DNA of 64,000 nt from Camelus dromedarius (lineage: Eukaryota): the NCBI RefSeq assembly GCF_036321535.1, contig NC_087437.1, positions 47,556,001 to 47,620,000 of the forward strand, given 5' to 3'. This document shows, one piece after another, positions 14,795-28,705 of this stretch. The notes beneath the pieces were generated by a model. The model saw nothing but the letters and a program-made list of their open reading frames with translations, ran no database searches and had not been told where the DNA came from. How positions within the stretch are numbered: the first letter of the stretch is position 1; each line of letters begins with the position of its first letter. Both the position numbers and the translations under genes were made by a program.

Positions 14795-15625
14795 TTTTTC
14801 ATATTCTGTGTGATGAATGGCAAGAACCCATAAAGCACTTCTGCATACCAAAGTAGAGTCGTATCAAGGAAAAAGCATTGGTAGGTTACTTGAGTTGTGA
14901 GCTGAACTAGCTGCTTTTACCATGGAACATTTTTACCTCAAGAATAACTATTAGACAAACTGTCATTCAGACATGGGTACTTAACAGACATTTTCTTGAA
15001 AATGAACATATGAGCCTCTCTCTTCAAGAACAACTGACAGTATTTGTTGTCAATGATCAAATTTAAGCTTTCAAGCAAAAATTAGAATTTTTAAAAACTT
15101 GTATCCACTGCTGTGAGCTTCCTCCAGATTAAAGACTTTTCTGGTGAGGTCATTGATAATGTTAACAATTGTGATTTTGTTTTTACTTGGTATAATGAAA
15201 AATATCAATATTTGGAAGATCTCCATAGCTCGGTGAACTAATATCTTCCAAATGACCAGTGCAGGATATTATAAAGTCATATACGGGTAAAGGTTCCATT
15301 CAGAGGCAAGATAGACAAATGGGGCATAATGTAATAGAGTATGAAAAGTTTACTGATACGGTTTCACATTCCATGTTGCAACTTGAGAAACTATCTCTTG
15401 TCAAGTTTTAGAATAGCATCAAAGAAAAGTATCTACAATTATCTGAAAAGGTTATTACAGTACTCGTTTTCCAACTAGATATCTGTGCAGGGCCAGATTT
15501 TCTTCACATGCTTCAGTTAAAACATCACATTAGACTGAATACAGAAGCATGTATAAGAAGCCAGCTCAGTACTATTAAACCAGACATTAAAGGAATTTGA
15601 AAAAATGGGAAACAGTGTCCTTACT
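14795..15625 (+). mobile_element. Charlie1-type hAT transposase internal fragment
   Basis: Degraded hAT coding motifs (ctgtgtgatgaa...cataaagcacttctgcatacc; gcagggccagattttcttcacatgcttca). Confidence 0.7.
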
Positions 15626-15721
15626 AAAAGAAAATTAAAATCAGGTTAAAGGAGTAAAGGTCACACATAATAGGCAAAAAGAATATTTTTGTATTAGCCT
15701 ATTAAAATATTAGCTGTTTTA

Positions 15722-15810
15722 GAGAGCACCCTTCTAGTTGCTAGATGGGATGCTGCTCGATTCGTGAATCTCCTAATAAAGCCAATTAGATCTTCACTTT
15801 AAAAAAAAGA
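15722..15810 (+). mobile_element. retroposed ERV LTR 3' fragment with poly(A) tail and TSD
   Basis: gctagatgggatgctgctcgattcgtgaatc..aataaagccaattagatctt plus A-tail; flanks taaaatattagctgtttta / taaaatatttgcgatttta. Confidence 0.6.
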
Positions 15811-15860
15811 TAAAATATTTGCGATTTTAAAATCCCATCATTTAATTGCAAATGTCTTGA

Positions 15861-16043
<183 letters not shown>

Positions 16044-16592
16044 TGAGTTTATTATTCTTTTCTCTCTATGTTAATCTAAGTTTTGATAGCTAAGTCTTCT
16101 AATGGTTGACTTAGACCAGAAAAAAAAATTATATTTACTTTGGAAGAAAATTAAGTTCAACCTTTGAAATATTTGAGGTCATTGTGTTTAAATGATCAGA
16201 ATTGCTTCTAATTCGGTAAAATCCTGTACATTCAACTTAAGTGTCTCAAATGTGTTTCTTATTGCTTATTCTTTTTTTTAAATTAACATTAAATAAAAAT
16301 AAAAATTAAAAATTTTACTTCTAATTCATTGTTAAAATGATTAGAAAAAATTTATTTTGATGACATAAGTATTTTTTCACTATAATAAGAATTATGATTT
16401 GGTCAGAGAATATCTAGAAATTTTCTTAGAAATCCTTGAAAACATCAAAATCTCAAAATTCCTCAGATCTTTGAACATAATTGCTTCCTTCCACTAATGT
16501 CAGTGATTGTTTCATTGTATTAGTACAGACTGTAATAAAGACTGACCATCTTTTCCCAGTTTGGACTGGATCACTCTATACTTCTTTGCTAA

Positions 16593-16999
<407 letters not shown>

Positions 17000-17529
17000 T
17001 AAGCTCAAGAAATCAAAAGCACAAAATAAAGAATTCTTGCTGTTCTACAAAAAACAATTGGTATTCTTCAAGTAGTTTAAAATAATAGGTATTATATTAA
17101 CATTGTAGCATAAACTGAATATTTTAATGTGTTTATTTTTATTTATTTATTGTGTAATGCTGTGAAGGAAATGTAAAGAAAAACCAGTTTAATTTATAGA
17201 GTTAGTTAAGATCCAAAAAGAAAGTGATCCTTAAACTTCATAGTACATTAAAAGCTTTTATTTACTGCTGATAAAAATAATTGGACTCCACCTTCTTTTT
17301 ATTGACAAATAACGTACAGTGCTTCAGACACTTTTTAGTTGTATAATCTGAGGAATTCAGTCAGCTGTAATTACCATGTTTATTCATAATTTTTCTTATT
17401 GCCTTATGGTATATCATTAGTCTGTCTTAAACTTTAAAGTACTTTCAAAAACCTTTTTAAAAATTCTGTTTTATCTGTAACTCAGTCCTGGCCCTAGCCT
17501 AAACCCTAGAGGTTTTAGTATGGGACCAG

Positions 17530-17750
17530 TTCATACATTTAATAAATCCTTATTAAACTCCTAATATGCCAGGCATTATTTTAGGTGCTAGTGATAGAGT
17601 AGTAAACAAAGTTCCACGTTCACATTTAGTGTTGGGTAAAGTGAGCAGAAAGTGCTGATAAAGGGAGTAGGGAAAAGAGTGCTATTTTTCATAGTTTTGT
17701 CCAAGAAGGCCTCTCTAATGATGTGACATTTGAGCAGAGACCTGAAGATA
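17530..17750 (-). mobile_element. L2 3' fragment
   Basis: tatgccaggcattattttaggtgct...tgacatttgagcagagacctgaag. Confidence 0.6.
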
Positions 17751-17754
17751 GTAA

Positions 17755-18069
<315 letters not shown>

Positions 18070-18204
18070 AATGATAACTTAAGAAACTGAAAGCTCAGTA
18101 TCTGGATTCTATACTGCACTGTTAATGACTGTCAACAGGCAAAGACTGATTGCATAGCAATTGCACAATCCATGAACAGCATTAGAATTTACAGCAAGAA
18201 CCGA

Positions 18205-18210
18205 AATAAA
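18205..18210 (+). promoter_or_regulatory. proximal poly(A) signal AATAAA
   Basis: Canonical hexamer about 135 nt after the PIK3CA stop. Confidence 0.5.
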
Positions 18211-21200
18211 ATACTCTATAATTTAAATAATGTAAATGCAAACAGGGTTTGATAGCACTAAACTAGTTCATTTCAAAATTAAGCTTTAGAATTATGCGCA
18301 ATTTCATGTTATGCCTTAAGTCCAAAAAGGTAAACTTTAAAGATTGTTTGTATCTTTTTTTAAAAAACAAAAACAAAAAAACCCCCAAATATATATAGAA
18401 ATGATGGAGAAGGAAAAAGAATGATGTTCTTTTTTTGTCTTGCAAATGTTCTATGTTTTGAAATGTGAACACAACAAAGTCTATTATTGCATTAGGTCCA
18501 AGTAAACTGGAGTTTGACGTTAAATTACATTAAGATTGGAAAATAAGGAAAATTTCTTACTTTTTCATTGCTGTTCAATTTATAGTTTGAAGTGGATTTT
18601 TGACTCCTTGTTTGATGAAGAATGCTTGGGGTGTGAGGGACTCTTGAGATTTCACCAGACTTTTCCTTTTTAATAAATTGAACCTTTTGATGATTCGGGG
18701 TCTTATCTGCAAAGTTTGGGAAGCAGTCACAAATGAGACCTGTTATAAGGTGGTGTTTTTAGGTTTTTTTCTGGACAGTATTTACAAGAATCCGATTCTT
18801 ACTTCCCAGGGAAATTCTGGGCTCCCACAAAGTTAAATAATAATCATAGAGAAAGAATGAGCAGGAATCGTTCTTGCTCCAGAATTGTACAGTATTCACC
18901 TTAGACTGATTTTTTTTCTCCTTTTGCAATTGAATTGAATACATTTTTGTGCATGTTTTCCAGAAAATAGAAGTGAGTATTAATGTTATTAAAAAGATTA
19001 TTTTTTTTATTAAAAGCTATTTATATTATAGAAACTATCATTAATATATATTCTTTATTTACATGATCTGTCCCATAGTCATGCATTGTTTTGCACCCCA
19101 AATTTTTTATTGTTTGTAGCAGCATGGTCAGCTTTTCTCTTGATCTGTGAGTGAGGCTCAGGCACTATCCCATTTATACCAATGACTAGTATCTAACTAC
19201 TTAAGGAAGACAGATTAAAGTTCCTCCTCTTTCCTTTTATTTCCTTCTATTTTCACTTGAATCCCCCATCTTCCATCCTCTTTTATAGTTGAGAATGCCT
19301 CAATCATATGAAATTAGTTACCAAAATTAACATAATTGAAACTATCTTCCTGATTTCTTAACCCCCCTACTGAGATATACTCATGAATAATACTTTGTAA
19401 CATGGCAGAATAGAAACCATGAAATTTTTACCTTTTTAGACTATTTATTCAATATTTCAATAATAAAAGTAGGACCTTAAACCATTTTAAGATCATGTCC
19501 CATTTCTGAGTGGTCAGGGCTCACTCTCCAGCTTTATTAAATTGCATTTGAGCACAGGATACATTCTTAAACATTTTGAAAAACATTAACCCAAGAAGTA
19601 GGGGCTAAGGCTAGTCATCACTCTAGAACCTGATATTTTACTCAGTATTTGAAATGAATGATTAATGCCCTAGGAAATAGCTTTAGCAAATGTCCAGGTG
19701 CCACACCAGAAAAAGTGCAATAATTTACTGACTGTTTTCTAGATTAGGCATGTTATTGGAATACAACTTTATGAAGAGTACACATTGTATACAGCATCAC
19801 TTAAAAAATAATTCATTTATGAAATCAGTTACCTATAGTAGAAGTCTTGAATAGTGAACAGGGACTCTAATACAAATACTCTTAATATTTGGCTATTTTA
19901 GAACCCTTAAAGGGCATAATTATTGGAGATTTAGGTACCTCACTAAAGCATGTATATAATATAATATTGCCAACAAAAAAAATTTGAAGATTAGGGGAAC
20001 TTATGTTTCTAAACTGTGTTGGAATAGTTAAGAAGAATTTAAACTCTGTTTTAAGCAGGAAGCCAGATAGATTATTTTGCAGATATAAAAGATATCATGA
20101 CTTATTAAAACTTCATGATTAACATTTTGTGTCTTTTAGATTTATTCAGTTAATACATACTTGCATCCTAGTATTTTCTATGTCGGATTAATTACAGGAA
20201 AACTCAGTGAAATGGTACAAATCTGAAATTTTGATGGTAGAAACTGAAGTTTTAACAGAGAATCATGTTTTACCAAGTGCCAAAAAAGCTTTGAGCTTCT
20301 TTGCACAAAATTTATACAATTTTTTGCATTTTTCACATCAGTCCAGATACTCTCCTTCCCCTGGGACCTCTCCACCATTAAAACACAAGCCGCATAGCTT
20401 ATTTTATCATTTACATTTATTTTCAAGAGCTATTACAACCAAATTAATTGTGTGAAGAAATGTAAACAAATTCTATAAACAATATAGATTAAGTGATCTA
20501 GCTAAATGCAAAGTACATTTCAAACAAATACAAGCAGAGTTTATGCAAACAACATTAAAAATCAGAAAAAGGGAACAGGTAATACTTAGAAGGCAAAGAA
20601 CCAAAAACTGAGTTAAATGCAACATGGGGTGACTGGGATGTTTCCAGTCAGTGATGATATAGCTACTTCCAGGTACTTCAGTATCGGAGATCAATTCTGA
20701 TTGGTCAGTTTCTATAGCCAACCATCCTTGTCATTGAATGTGGTATAACTGACTATTGGCTCAACAATTTCATTTGATCACTTAAGCAATATTTCTTTTA
20801 ATGACTATTTTGGAGAAAAGAAGAAAAGCAGGTTTAAAGAAAATAAAACCTAATTTAAACACATTCTAGCAAGAAATAATCAACTGTTCACAAATCATGT
20901 TTTAACTTTTTATCATATTCTCAGCTATAATCGTTCATTTTGAAGATTTTTAGACTGCTGTTAATTTGAAATCTGTTAATCATATTGTGGAACTTGGTTT
21001 TTTTAAAAGATGTTTCTAATTGGATTTTTTTAAAGAATGGAATTTGGTCGCTGTTTTACAATAGAACCTAAGCTTTTTGTGGTTCTTAGTGTCCTCTGTA
21101 AAACTTAGTGTCAAAGTGATCAACTTTGGGGTTTTCCCTTCTAATCTGCTTTATATTACAAGCCCTTTAGGAAGTGGGAACCTGATGAATATACAATGAA

Positions 21201-23852
21201 TTGTAAAATATTTTAATGTGTAACTTTTTCAACTGTGAAACTATGACTATTGGTTTTTTGAAGAAAACAGCTGCTGATAAAGTATTTTGTGTAAAGTGTA
21301 GTTCTTATTAATCAGGAAAATAATCAATTATTTGGTTAGAATGTATATATTACATTAGATTAGATTTTAAATAGATTGGTGATTTCACATAGGTAAAACA
21401 TAGTCCATCTGTATTCTTTTTTCCAGCAAAAATTGAGTGATTTGGCATTTACAAAAAAAGAATTTATGAGCAGCCTATCTATTTAAAAGACACCATAGAA
21501 ATTTCACAGTACATAAACTTGGATTTGTTTCTTAATGATTTGTAAATCCATTTAATTCATATCCTGACCAATAGCCTATGCTTCCCAACTCTTTGAGGAA
21601 ATTTAATTTCCAGCATTATTTTAAAGCCAGCAAGTTCACTTTTTCTGAATGTTTTTAAGTTCTTTTTGTTTCTGTGTCCGCAAAAACTGCAGATCTGGGC
21701 TGGACCCTCACACTCAGAATCTACCTTAAAAATTGATTTTGGTGTCCAAGACATCACAAATATTTCAGTGTAAAGACCATATGTGGTGTTAAATAGATTG
21801 TGGTGCTTCTGCTACTTAAAAACAACTTTCATACTTGAGTTGTTTTTGAGAAGAGGGGCATGTGGAAGGAGGGGGCAAAACAGGGAGTTGTTGTTTGAAT
21901 GAATTACATTCTTCCTGCTCAGATCAAGCACTAAGACAAGGCTAGAAGTTGTAAGAGTATATTGTGCATACCATGAGGGAATTATCTCTTCATCAAGGGG
22001 ATTGTGAAGGCTGAACTATACAATTCAGCATTGACAACATCCTCAGATGATAATTCTTGGTGATAGAGGATAATACAGCTGGGCTGTTCTTTAAAATACA
22101 AAGCAAACCATTTTTATTTTTTAATTACTACATTAAAAATTGTAAATGTATCTTATGTGCCATGACCTGGGAAGCCTTTTTTTTTCTCTTAAAAGTTATT
22201 TTCACTTTCTGAAAAGATTATAGCGTTTAGCTCAATATAAGTATGGTCCTGATAAAATTGGATTTAGATTGGTAACTCTACCTCGGGTTAATAAGGAAAA
22301 AAAAACAGATGAGTCACAATTCAATACTTCTGGCTCTGATATTACAGAGCACTATATTTTAGATTTGTAAAAGAGTTGCATGCCTTGTTTGTAATGGCAT
22401 TGGAGATACTAAGAAAAATTTTTGGTTAAAATTTAATCATTGCTCCAGCCACTTGAAAAAGGCAGTAGTGCCAGGAGGTTCATTGAATTCAACATTTGAA
22501 ATTCGTTTTGTTTTCTTTATTGTTAGTGAAACTGGTGTGTGTGTGTTTGCAGACATTTCAATTTGTATGCACATTGCTTGCTAGCCTTCGTTGAGGCATC
22601 TTTTATAAAAGGTATAAACATCAAGGTTCTAAAATTCAGAAGAGTTTATAATTGATTAGGAGTTTCCCAAGTTGGGATGTTAGTTTTTTAACAAGCTCAT
22701 TTCGTTCAAGTACTCCATTTGAGTAAGGTTTTACACTTTTTATCAATGCAGCACCATTCCTTTTGCTTGGCTTAGATATGGTCATATTTCACCCATGCTA
22801 GTTAGCAAAAAGTGACAGTTATGAGCTATAAGAAAATCTTCTGACTTGATTTTTGCACAACTCCATTTAAGAGTTTTAGCAGGGAGGGGAAAAGTAAAAC
22901 CAGTCCACTGTATGTATTAGTTGGGTAACGGATTTTCACTACCAACAATAGACTCCAGTCCTCATGTTGGTTAAGTATGGGAAGAGTTTTTAATGCATTT
23001 TGTAGGCCAGTTAAGTTTATGAATCTATCTAAAACATTATTTAATCTCTTACTACAATAATTTTGTTGTTATGCTAAGAGCCTTGTATATTTTTTAGGTG
23101 ATTCTTAACTTTTGTTAATGCTTCTAGGCTAGCAAGGAGGCAGAAACCTTCATTATTTTATTATATTCTCTCAGAATATCTTTAATAAGACTAAACTTCT
23201 TAATTGTAGTATGTATTTCCAAATATGTCATTATTGATTTCATAAGAAAAAGCCCCTTATCAGATTAAATTTATATTCCTAAAAGTGGTTGGAAAACTTA
23301 ACCTTCATCTGATTCCTAGAAATATTTTTGGTTATGGAACCAAAGTTTCAGATGCAATTAATGGTTTCAGTGTGATTCATTCCTCTGACTTTTTTGGTTG
23401 GAATAATATCCAAAAGAATATGTCCTTTTGGAACATAACAGTTTAACATCTTGGGCAATGTGGCACTACCAAAAGAAGACTACTGACACACCAAATGGAA
23501 GCTTCAAAAAGGAGCTCCCACCACCTTCTTTAGCCCCATTTTTTGTAGCATATCTATTTTTCTATATTTTGTCACTCAGTGGGTTGGAGTCCTTTGGTAT
23601 ACTGCATTGATTAGAAGAAAAATGTTTTTAAATGTTCTTTAATGATGGCCCTGAAAGTATCTGACACAGCAAGATGCATGTGTTGTACTGAGAATACAGA
23701 ATGATACAGTGCCACTAAATTCAAGACTTCTTCCCAGTCTTGCTGTTCCTGGCAAGAAATTTGGCCTGTGACTGCACTTACTATTTGTTCTCATCAGAAA
23801 CTGTCACTGTCTGCTTTTCTTTAACTTTGCAGTCTGTAACAACAAACTGTTT

Positions 23853-23858
23853 ATTAAA
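23853..23858 (+). promoter_or_regulatory. candidate distal poly(A) signal ATTAAA
   Basis: Upstream TGTA element and downstream TTTTATTTGTGT; lies at the end of the repeat-free block. Confidence 0.55.
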
Positions 23859-24896
23859 AAAAAATTACTTTTATTTGTGTCCAAACAATCCTTAGTCTAC
23901 TATATATTTTAACAAAAAACTGTGATAATGATATTTTGTCATTTATTTTGAATACTTAGAAGCAAATCAGTGTCGCTAATCAAAATTTAGCTGAATTTGA
24001 GTTCTTATCAATAATGACTAAATATAGCTGATTGAAAATCTCAAACTATTATGCCATAAAAGCCAATTTTTCTGTCCCAGTAAAGTGATGAATATTACAA
24101 AAATACTATTTAAATATTAACTTCCTTTAAGCATGAAGAACTAAATGCTTGTATTTTAAGCAGAAATAAATGCATTACACATACATGTAGGAATGTGTCT
24201 GTGGACAGACTTTTTCCCAAGTCAGTTGATGACAATAACCTAGAAGTGAAGTTAGACTAGAAGCAAACTGGTTTTGCTTTCAGTTACCACAAACCTTGCA
24301 AAAGGTAAGTCTGGGCTTTTCTTGGACTAGTAATGCACATGGGCATTGATACTTAGTACTTCTAAGCAATTAACAGCAAGTAATTGCTAAAATGTTGTTT
24401 ATTTGCCAAGTGGTTTGAGTGACTTTGAGATAACATTGTTCTAAATTGACTTTGTTCTCCAAGCATAATGTCTCTTTCCTGAGGTGAACTAAGTAGCCAC
24501 TATATGAATGGAAAACTGTAGTAACTGAAACACTTAAGATTTCACACTTTCATACATTTTAGGTTTCAAATTAATTGTTCGGAATTTGTTAGGAGAAAAA
24601 TCTCAAGAACTGCATATCGTTAGATGGGTGTCAAACTTAGAAGTGGAATAGAGATATGCCATTCACTTAAGAAATCTAGAGAATCTCAGTTTGCAGAATG
24701 ATTTAAAATATGTATGCATACATACATTTTATTACAGAGAAGTCTTTGGCATACAAAACAATTTACTACAACCTTTTAAACAGCATGTTCTGGACCTTAA
24801 ATGCATATCATATTTAGCCAAGAGAAGGTGGAGAGGAATCCTCTCCTGCAGCTTCCTACCCCCACCGCCCAATGAAAGGTACCAAGACTGACTGAA

Positions 24897-25554
24897 TTTA
24901 TTTTTACTAAGAATTGTATATACTTAAGATTTACAACATGATGATTTGATAGACATACACACGGTGAAATGTTTACTGCAGTCAAGCTAATTAACACATA
25001 ATCTCCTCACACAGTTACCTTGTGTGTGTGTGTGTGTGTGATGCAAGCACCTACAATCTATTCTCTTAGTACGTTTCCAGTATTCAATACAGTATTAACT
25101 ATAGTCATTATGCTGTACATTAGATCTGAAGATTTATTCATCTTATAACAAAGTCTGTACCCATTAACCAACATCTCCCCAGCTCCCCTCCCCCACCCCA
25201 GGTAACTAGCATTCTGCACTCTGCTATGTATTCAACATTTTTAGATTCCATGTATAAGTGAAATGCAGTTCTTTCCTTTATGTGTCTGGATTATTTTACT
25301 TAGCACAGTGACCTCCAGGTGCATCCATGTTGTTGCAAATGGCAGGATCTCATTTTTTTAAGGCTGAAAAATATTCCATATATGTATACACATTTTATAT
25401 ATATAATCACGATTTCTTTATTCATCTGTCGATGGATACTTAGATTGTTTCTATACCTTGGCTATTGTGAATAGTGCTGCAGTGAACATGGAAAGCAGGT
25501 ATTTCTTGGAGGTACTGATTTCATTTCTTTAGGGTACATCCCCAGAAGAGGGAG
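24897..25554 (-). mobile_element. 5'-truncated L1MA-type element with TSD
   Basis: Antisense L1MA 3' end; TSD aagactgactgaa (24884-24896) / aaggctgactgaa (25555-25567). Confidence 0.8.
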
Positions 25555-25599
25555 AAGGCTGACTGAAAATTGAAAACTTAGCAGAAGTTTTTTTCATCT

Positions 25600-25840
25600 A
25601 CTAACATTTTTATGCACCTCCACTAGGTACCAGAAATTAAGCTAGGTGTTCCACATATCCTACCTTGTTTCTTCCTTTAAAATAACCCCGTGAAAGAAGA
25701 GCTTATCCCTATTTATTGTTGAGAAGAGAGGCTCAAACAATTCAGCTGAATTACCCAAGGACACATATCTGAGAAGTTGTAATTATTAAAAAATCTCGAA
25801 AAAATCCTACTTTAAGACACATGTTCTCTCCACTATTCCT
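25600..25840 (-). mobile_element. MIR SINE
   Basis: Degraded antisense MIR (aataaccccgtga...gaggctca...cccaaggacaca). Confidence 0.5.
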
Positions 25841-26999
25841 CACTAGAAAGAAGAGAAAATACAAAATTGTTCACTGCTGGTCAAGTCAGTATTGCTTTAT
25901 TTAATTATTCATTTTATTTAATAATGTGTGACTTACAATTATTTGCTAAAAGGCATTAAATTGGCTTAGAGTCAAAGTTTCTGTTTTGATAACATCTACA
26001 TATAAAGGTTGCTTCAAAAGTCATTCTTTCTGTTGCCCTTGCTATAAGATTTCTTAGTAAAATTGTAAAGCTACTTTGAGGTACAATGGTTTTCAGAATG
26101 AACTCTGTTTCCAACTCGTATATTCAGCTTAATCTGGAAAGCACTTGTTGGGAGAGTTTTGTGACATTCATTATTTAATAATCGTGGTTGATTCATTAAT
26201 TAAAGTACGGACAGTTGTTGACTATCGATGTGGGACTTTTCTGTGATGCGGGTTATCTGAAATGAATGTTAAATTCCATCCAGTGTAGCTTCTCCCTGCT
26301 TCACAACACATTTCTAGCCATCTCTCCTGCTCCCTCCAGCATGTACACAACAAAATGAGCTTACGGAAAGCATAATCAACTGGAAAAAATGTTGCTGAAA
26401 GAAAAATTACATGGTCCATGGCAAGGTTAAGTACAAATAATGCTAAGCTTAGTGAATTTTACAGGCAGCGGCTTCTCTCTTTTCTCATGGTGAAGTAAAA
26501 TAGTAGGTCCATGTTTTCTGAAATTATCAGATTATTATCTTCCTATAGTGAGTAGTGAACTGTTCTTCACTAAGAATTTTTTGAGAAATGTTTTAATGTG
26601 AACTCTATTGCATAGAACTCGATTGGCCGTTCAGCGCTCACCAGGTTAGAAACCCTCCTCATCTACTTCCACAGTGACAAGTCAGATATAACTAGTTCTG
26701 CAGTGTGAGTTGATAGCAGATGAAGCACAAAGACCTTGAGCTCATTTTGCCACATGGAAACAAAAAGTGCTTCCTTGGCTCATGTGGAGAGATTTGGAGT
26801 AGAAATGATGGTGAATTTTTATGTATTTATAAAATAAATAGAATGAATGCATAATGAGACTACAAATTTTCTTCTGCCCATGAAATATTCATACTTAACT
26901 TTGCCTCTACATGGTTAGTTTGCAAGTAGGCATAATTAGGTCCTCAAGAGCAGAAATGGCAGGTTATCTGAAGGTCAGGACTTGAATATGGCCACCATC

Positions 27000-27372
27000 T
27001 TAAGATTACCTGCTCCTTCCTTTGCTCCTCCCCACACCCCACAGTTAGAGCTGGTGCCGGGCCATGTAAGGTACTTTGCCACTTACCTCGTCTCTGCAGC
27101 GCTGTATTTTTCACACAGTAGGGACAGGTGCTGTGTTAATCGCACCACGCCAACTATCAGGGCACCACCTACCAGAGTCAGTGACGGCCAAAACAATGGA
27201 AGATAACCATTCGGTCATACTTTTTAATGAGAATAACATCTTCAGACTGGCTGTCTGGACTGTAGAAGCATGAAAAGGGGGTCCCGTTTTTGAGATCGAA
27301 GAATTCCTTTATGCCCAGAGCACTGTTGAGCAAATCTTTTCTATCTTGGTGGCACTCAGGTGTGTAGAAGCA
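27000..27372 (-). pseudogene. KCNMB3: KCNMB3 exon 4 (last coding exon), disrupted: premature TGA at 27178-27180, second frameshift near 27095, nonsense at 27045-27047, human-equivalent stop at 27000-27002
   Basis: Acceptor ctcctag at 27373-27379; reads CFYTPECHQDRKDLLNSALGIKEFFDLKNGTPFSCFYSPDSQSEDVILIKKYDRMVIFHC then FGRH*; TM2 (WPSLTLVGGALIVGVVRLTQHLSLLCEKYS) is present only in a shifted frame. Confidence 0.85.
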
Positions 27373-28509
27373 CTAGGAGTACAGAGGGGGAAGAAAGATG
27401 AGGGCACTGCCTCTGAAACCAAGCACTTAAACAACAGTTTTAATTCTGAAATCACTTCAGACTGAAGCTGTTAGGAATTTTCATCTCAGAAGGTGATAAA
27501 ACCTATTTCATAGCTCCTGGGGAAGGGTTGCCAGGAGAGCAAAGAATGAAATGGACATTTTTGAGCACTAAACAGGGATGTGGGACAGAATTCTTAGAAT
27601 AAAGACATAGTACAAGAGGCAGTGACCATCTTCATAAGGACCATGCTCTTCCCTACATGCAGGGCCTCGCTCTCTTCCTGGATAATAACTTGATGAATCT
27701 ATTTGTCCGTTCAACAAATATATACTGAGCTCTTTATGTGCCTTCAACACCTATTAATGCCTCTACCATCTGTAGTAAACTCTTTCCCTAAAGGATAACA
27801 CATTGAGGCTTTTGTTCTAGGCCCATGGAGAGGGGGCCGTACGTGGGCTTTGGTTCCTGGGAGGCACAACCAGTGGAGAGAAGGAAGCTCCATCAGCTGG
27901 TGATTCTTTTTAAAAAAGCTTTATTACCATATCCACTAGGCACTCAAGGGCCTACAAAAATATTTGAGACCTTGAAAATTATTGCATCCAAAAAGAAAAC
28001 CAAAATCATCAGACTGAAATTAGTGCTTAAAGAAACACAACAAAGTATCACATGTCAACTAATCTAATACAATTCAACTTTTATAGTTAGGTGAAAATGT
28101 ACACTTTAAGTCATATGAACCAACTGAGTATCCTTTAAAGGATAATCTTTAAATTTCTTTGATAAGAAAAATTATATGTTTGATTTAAGGAGGGCTGTGA
28201 GAATATTTTAACATTTTTGATACGATGGGGAATGCGACCTCCATAAGTAAGACTGTTCATTGGCCCTGTCTTTAAATTCCAGATACCAGTTTGTGAAATT
28301 GGAATAATTCCACTCTTTTCTATATACCCCATTTTTCCTCCCCAGTGTTTTTAGCTTCATTTAGCCTAATTTGGCCACTGTCAAAACGTTCACTGGAAGG
28401 AAGCAGGTTTATCTAGAAATGAGCCTGGATACTGCACCCTGCTAGGAACAGTCTGGCATGGAAAGGTTGCTGTGATTAGAACTCTTTCGTTACATAAACT
28501 TGACCTTAC

Positions 28510-28705
28510 CTTGGAATTTGTCTGGACAGCCACTTCGTTATAATGTAGGAGAGCTTTCTGCCCTGAATGGGTGAGGTTCACAAGCACCTGCAGACACGGG
28601 TACTTGCCCTGACCGCGGCAGTCCGCCCCACAGCTGAAAGCGCAGTCCATCCAGTCCGTGATGTGTGTGTGGATGATGGTGCAGTTCGCTGCTTCTCTCT
28701 GAGTG
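28510..28705 (-). CDS. KCNMB3: KCNMB3 exon 3 (extracellular loop), open frame
   Basis: AG/GT, 196 nt, TQREAANCTIIHTHITDWMDCAFSCGADCRGQGKYPCLQVLVNLTHSGQKALLHYNEVAVQTNSK; YPCLQV motif typical of BK beta subunits. Confidence 0.93.

Larger units (their letters stand above)
18070..23880 (+). other. PIK3CA: PIK3CA long 3'UTR (end approximate)
   Basis: AT-rich, no recognisable interspersed repeats; proximal AATAAA at 18205-18210; distal ATTAAA at 23853-23858 followed by U/GU-rich sequence; length similar to the long human 3'UTR as recalled. Confidence 0.65.

Noticed and set aside
27820..28270. Possible hAT (MER53/Tip100-like) element in KCNMB3 intron 3
   Set aside because: Only a ggccctg-type end and a short motif resemble the family; boundaries and identity are not supportable by eye
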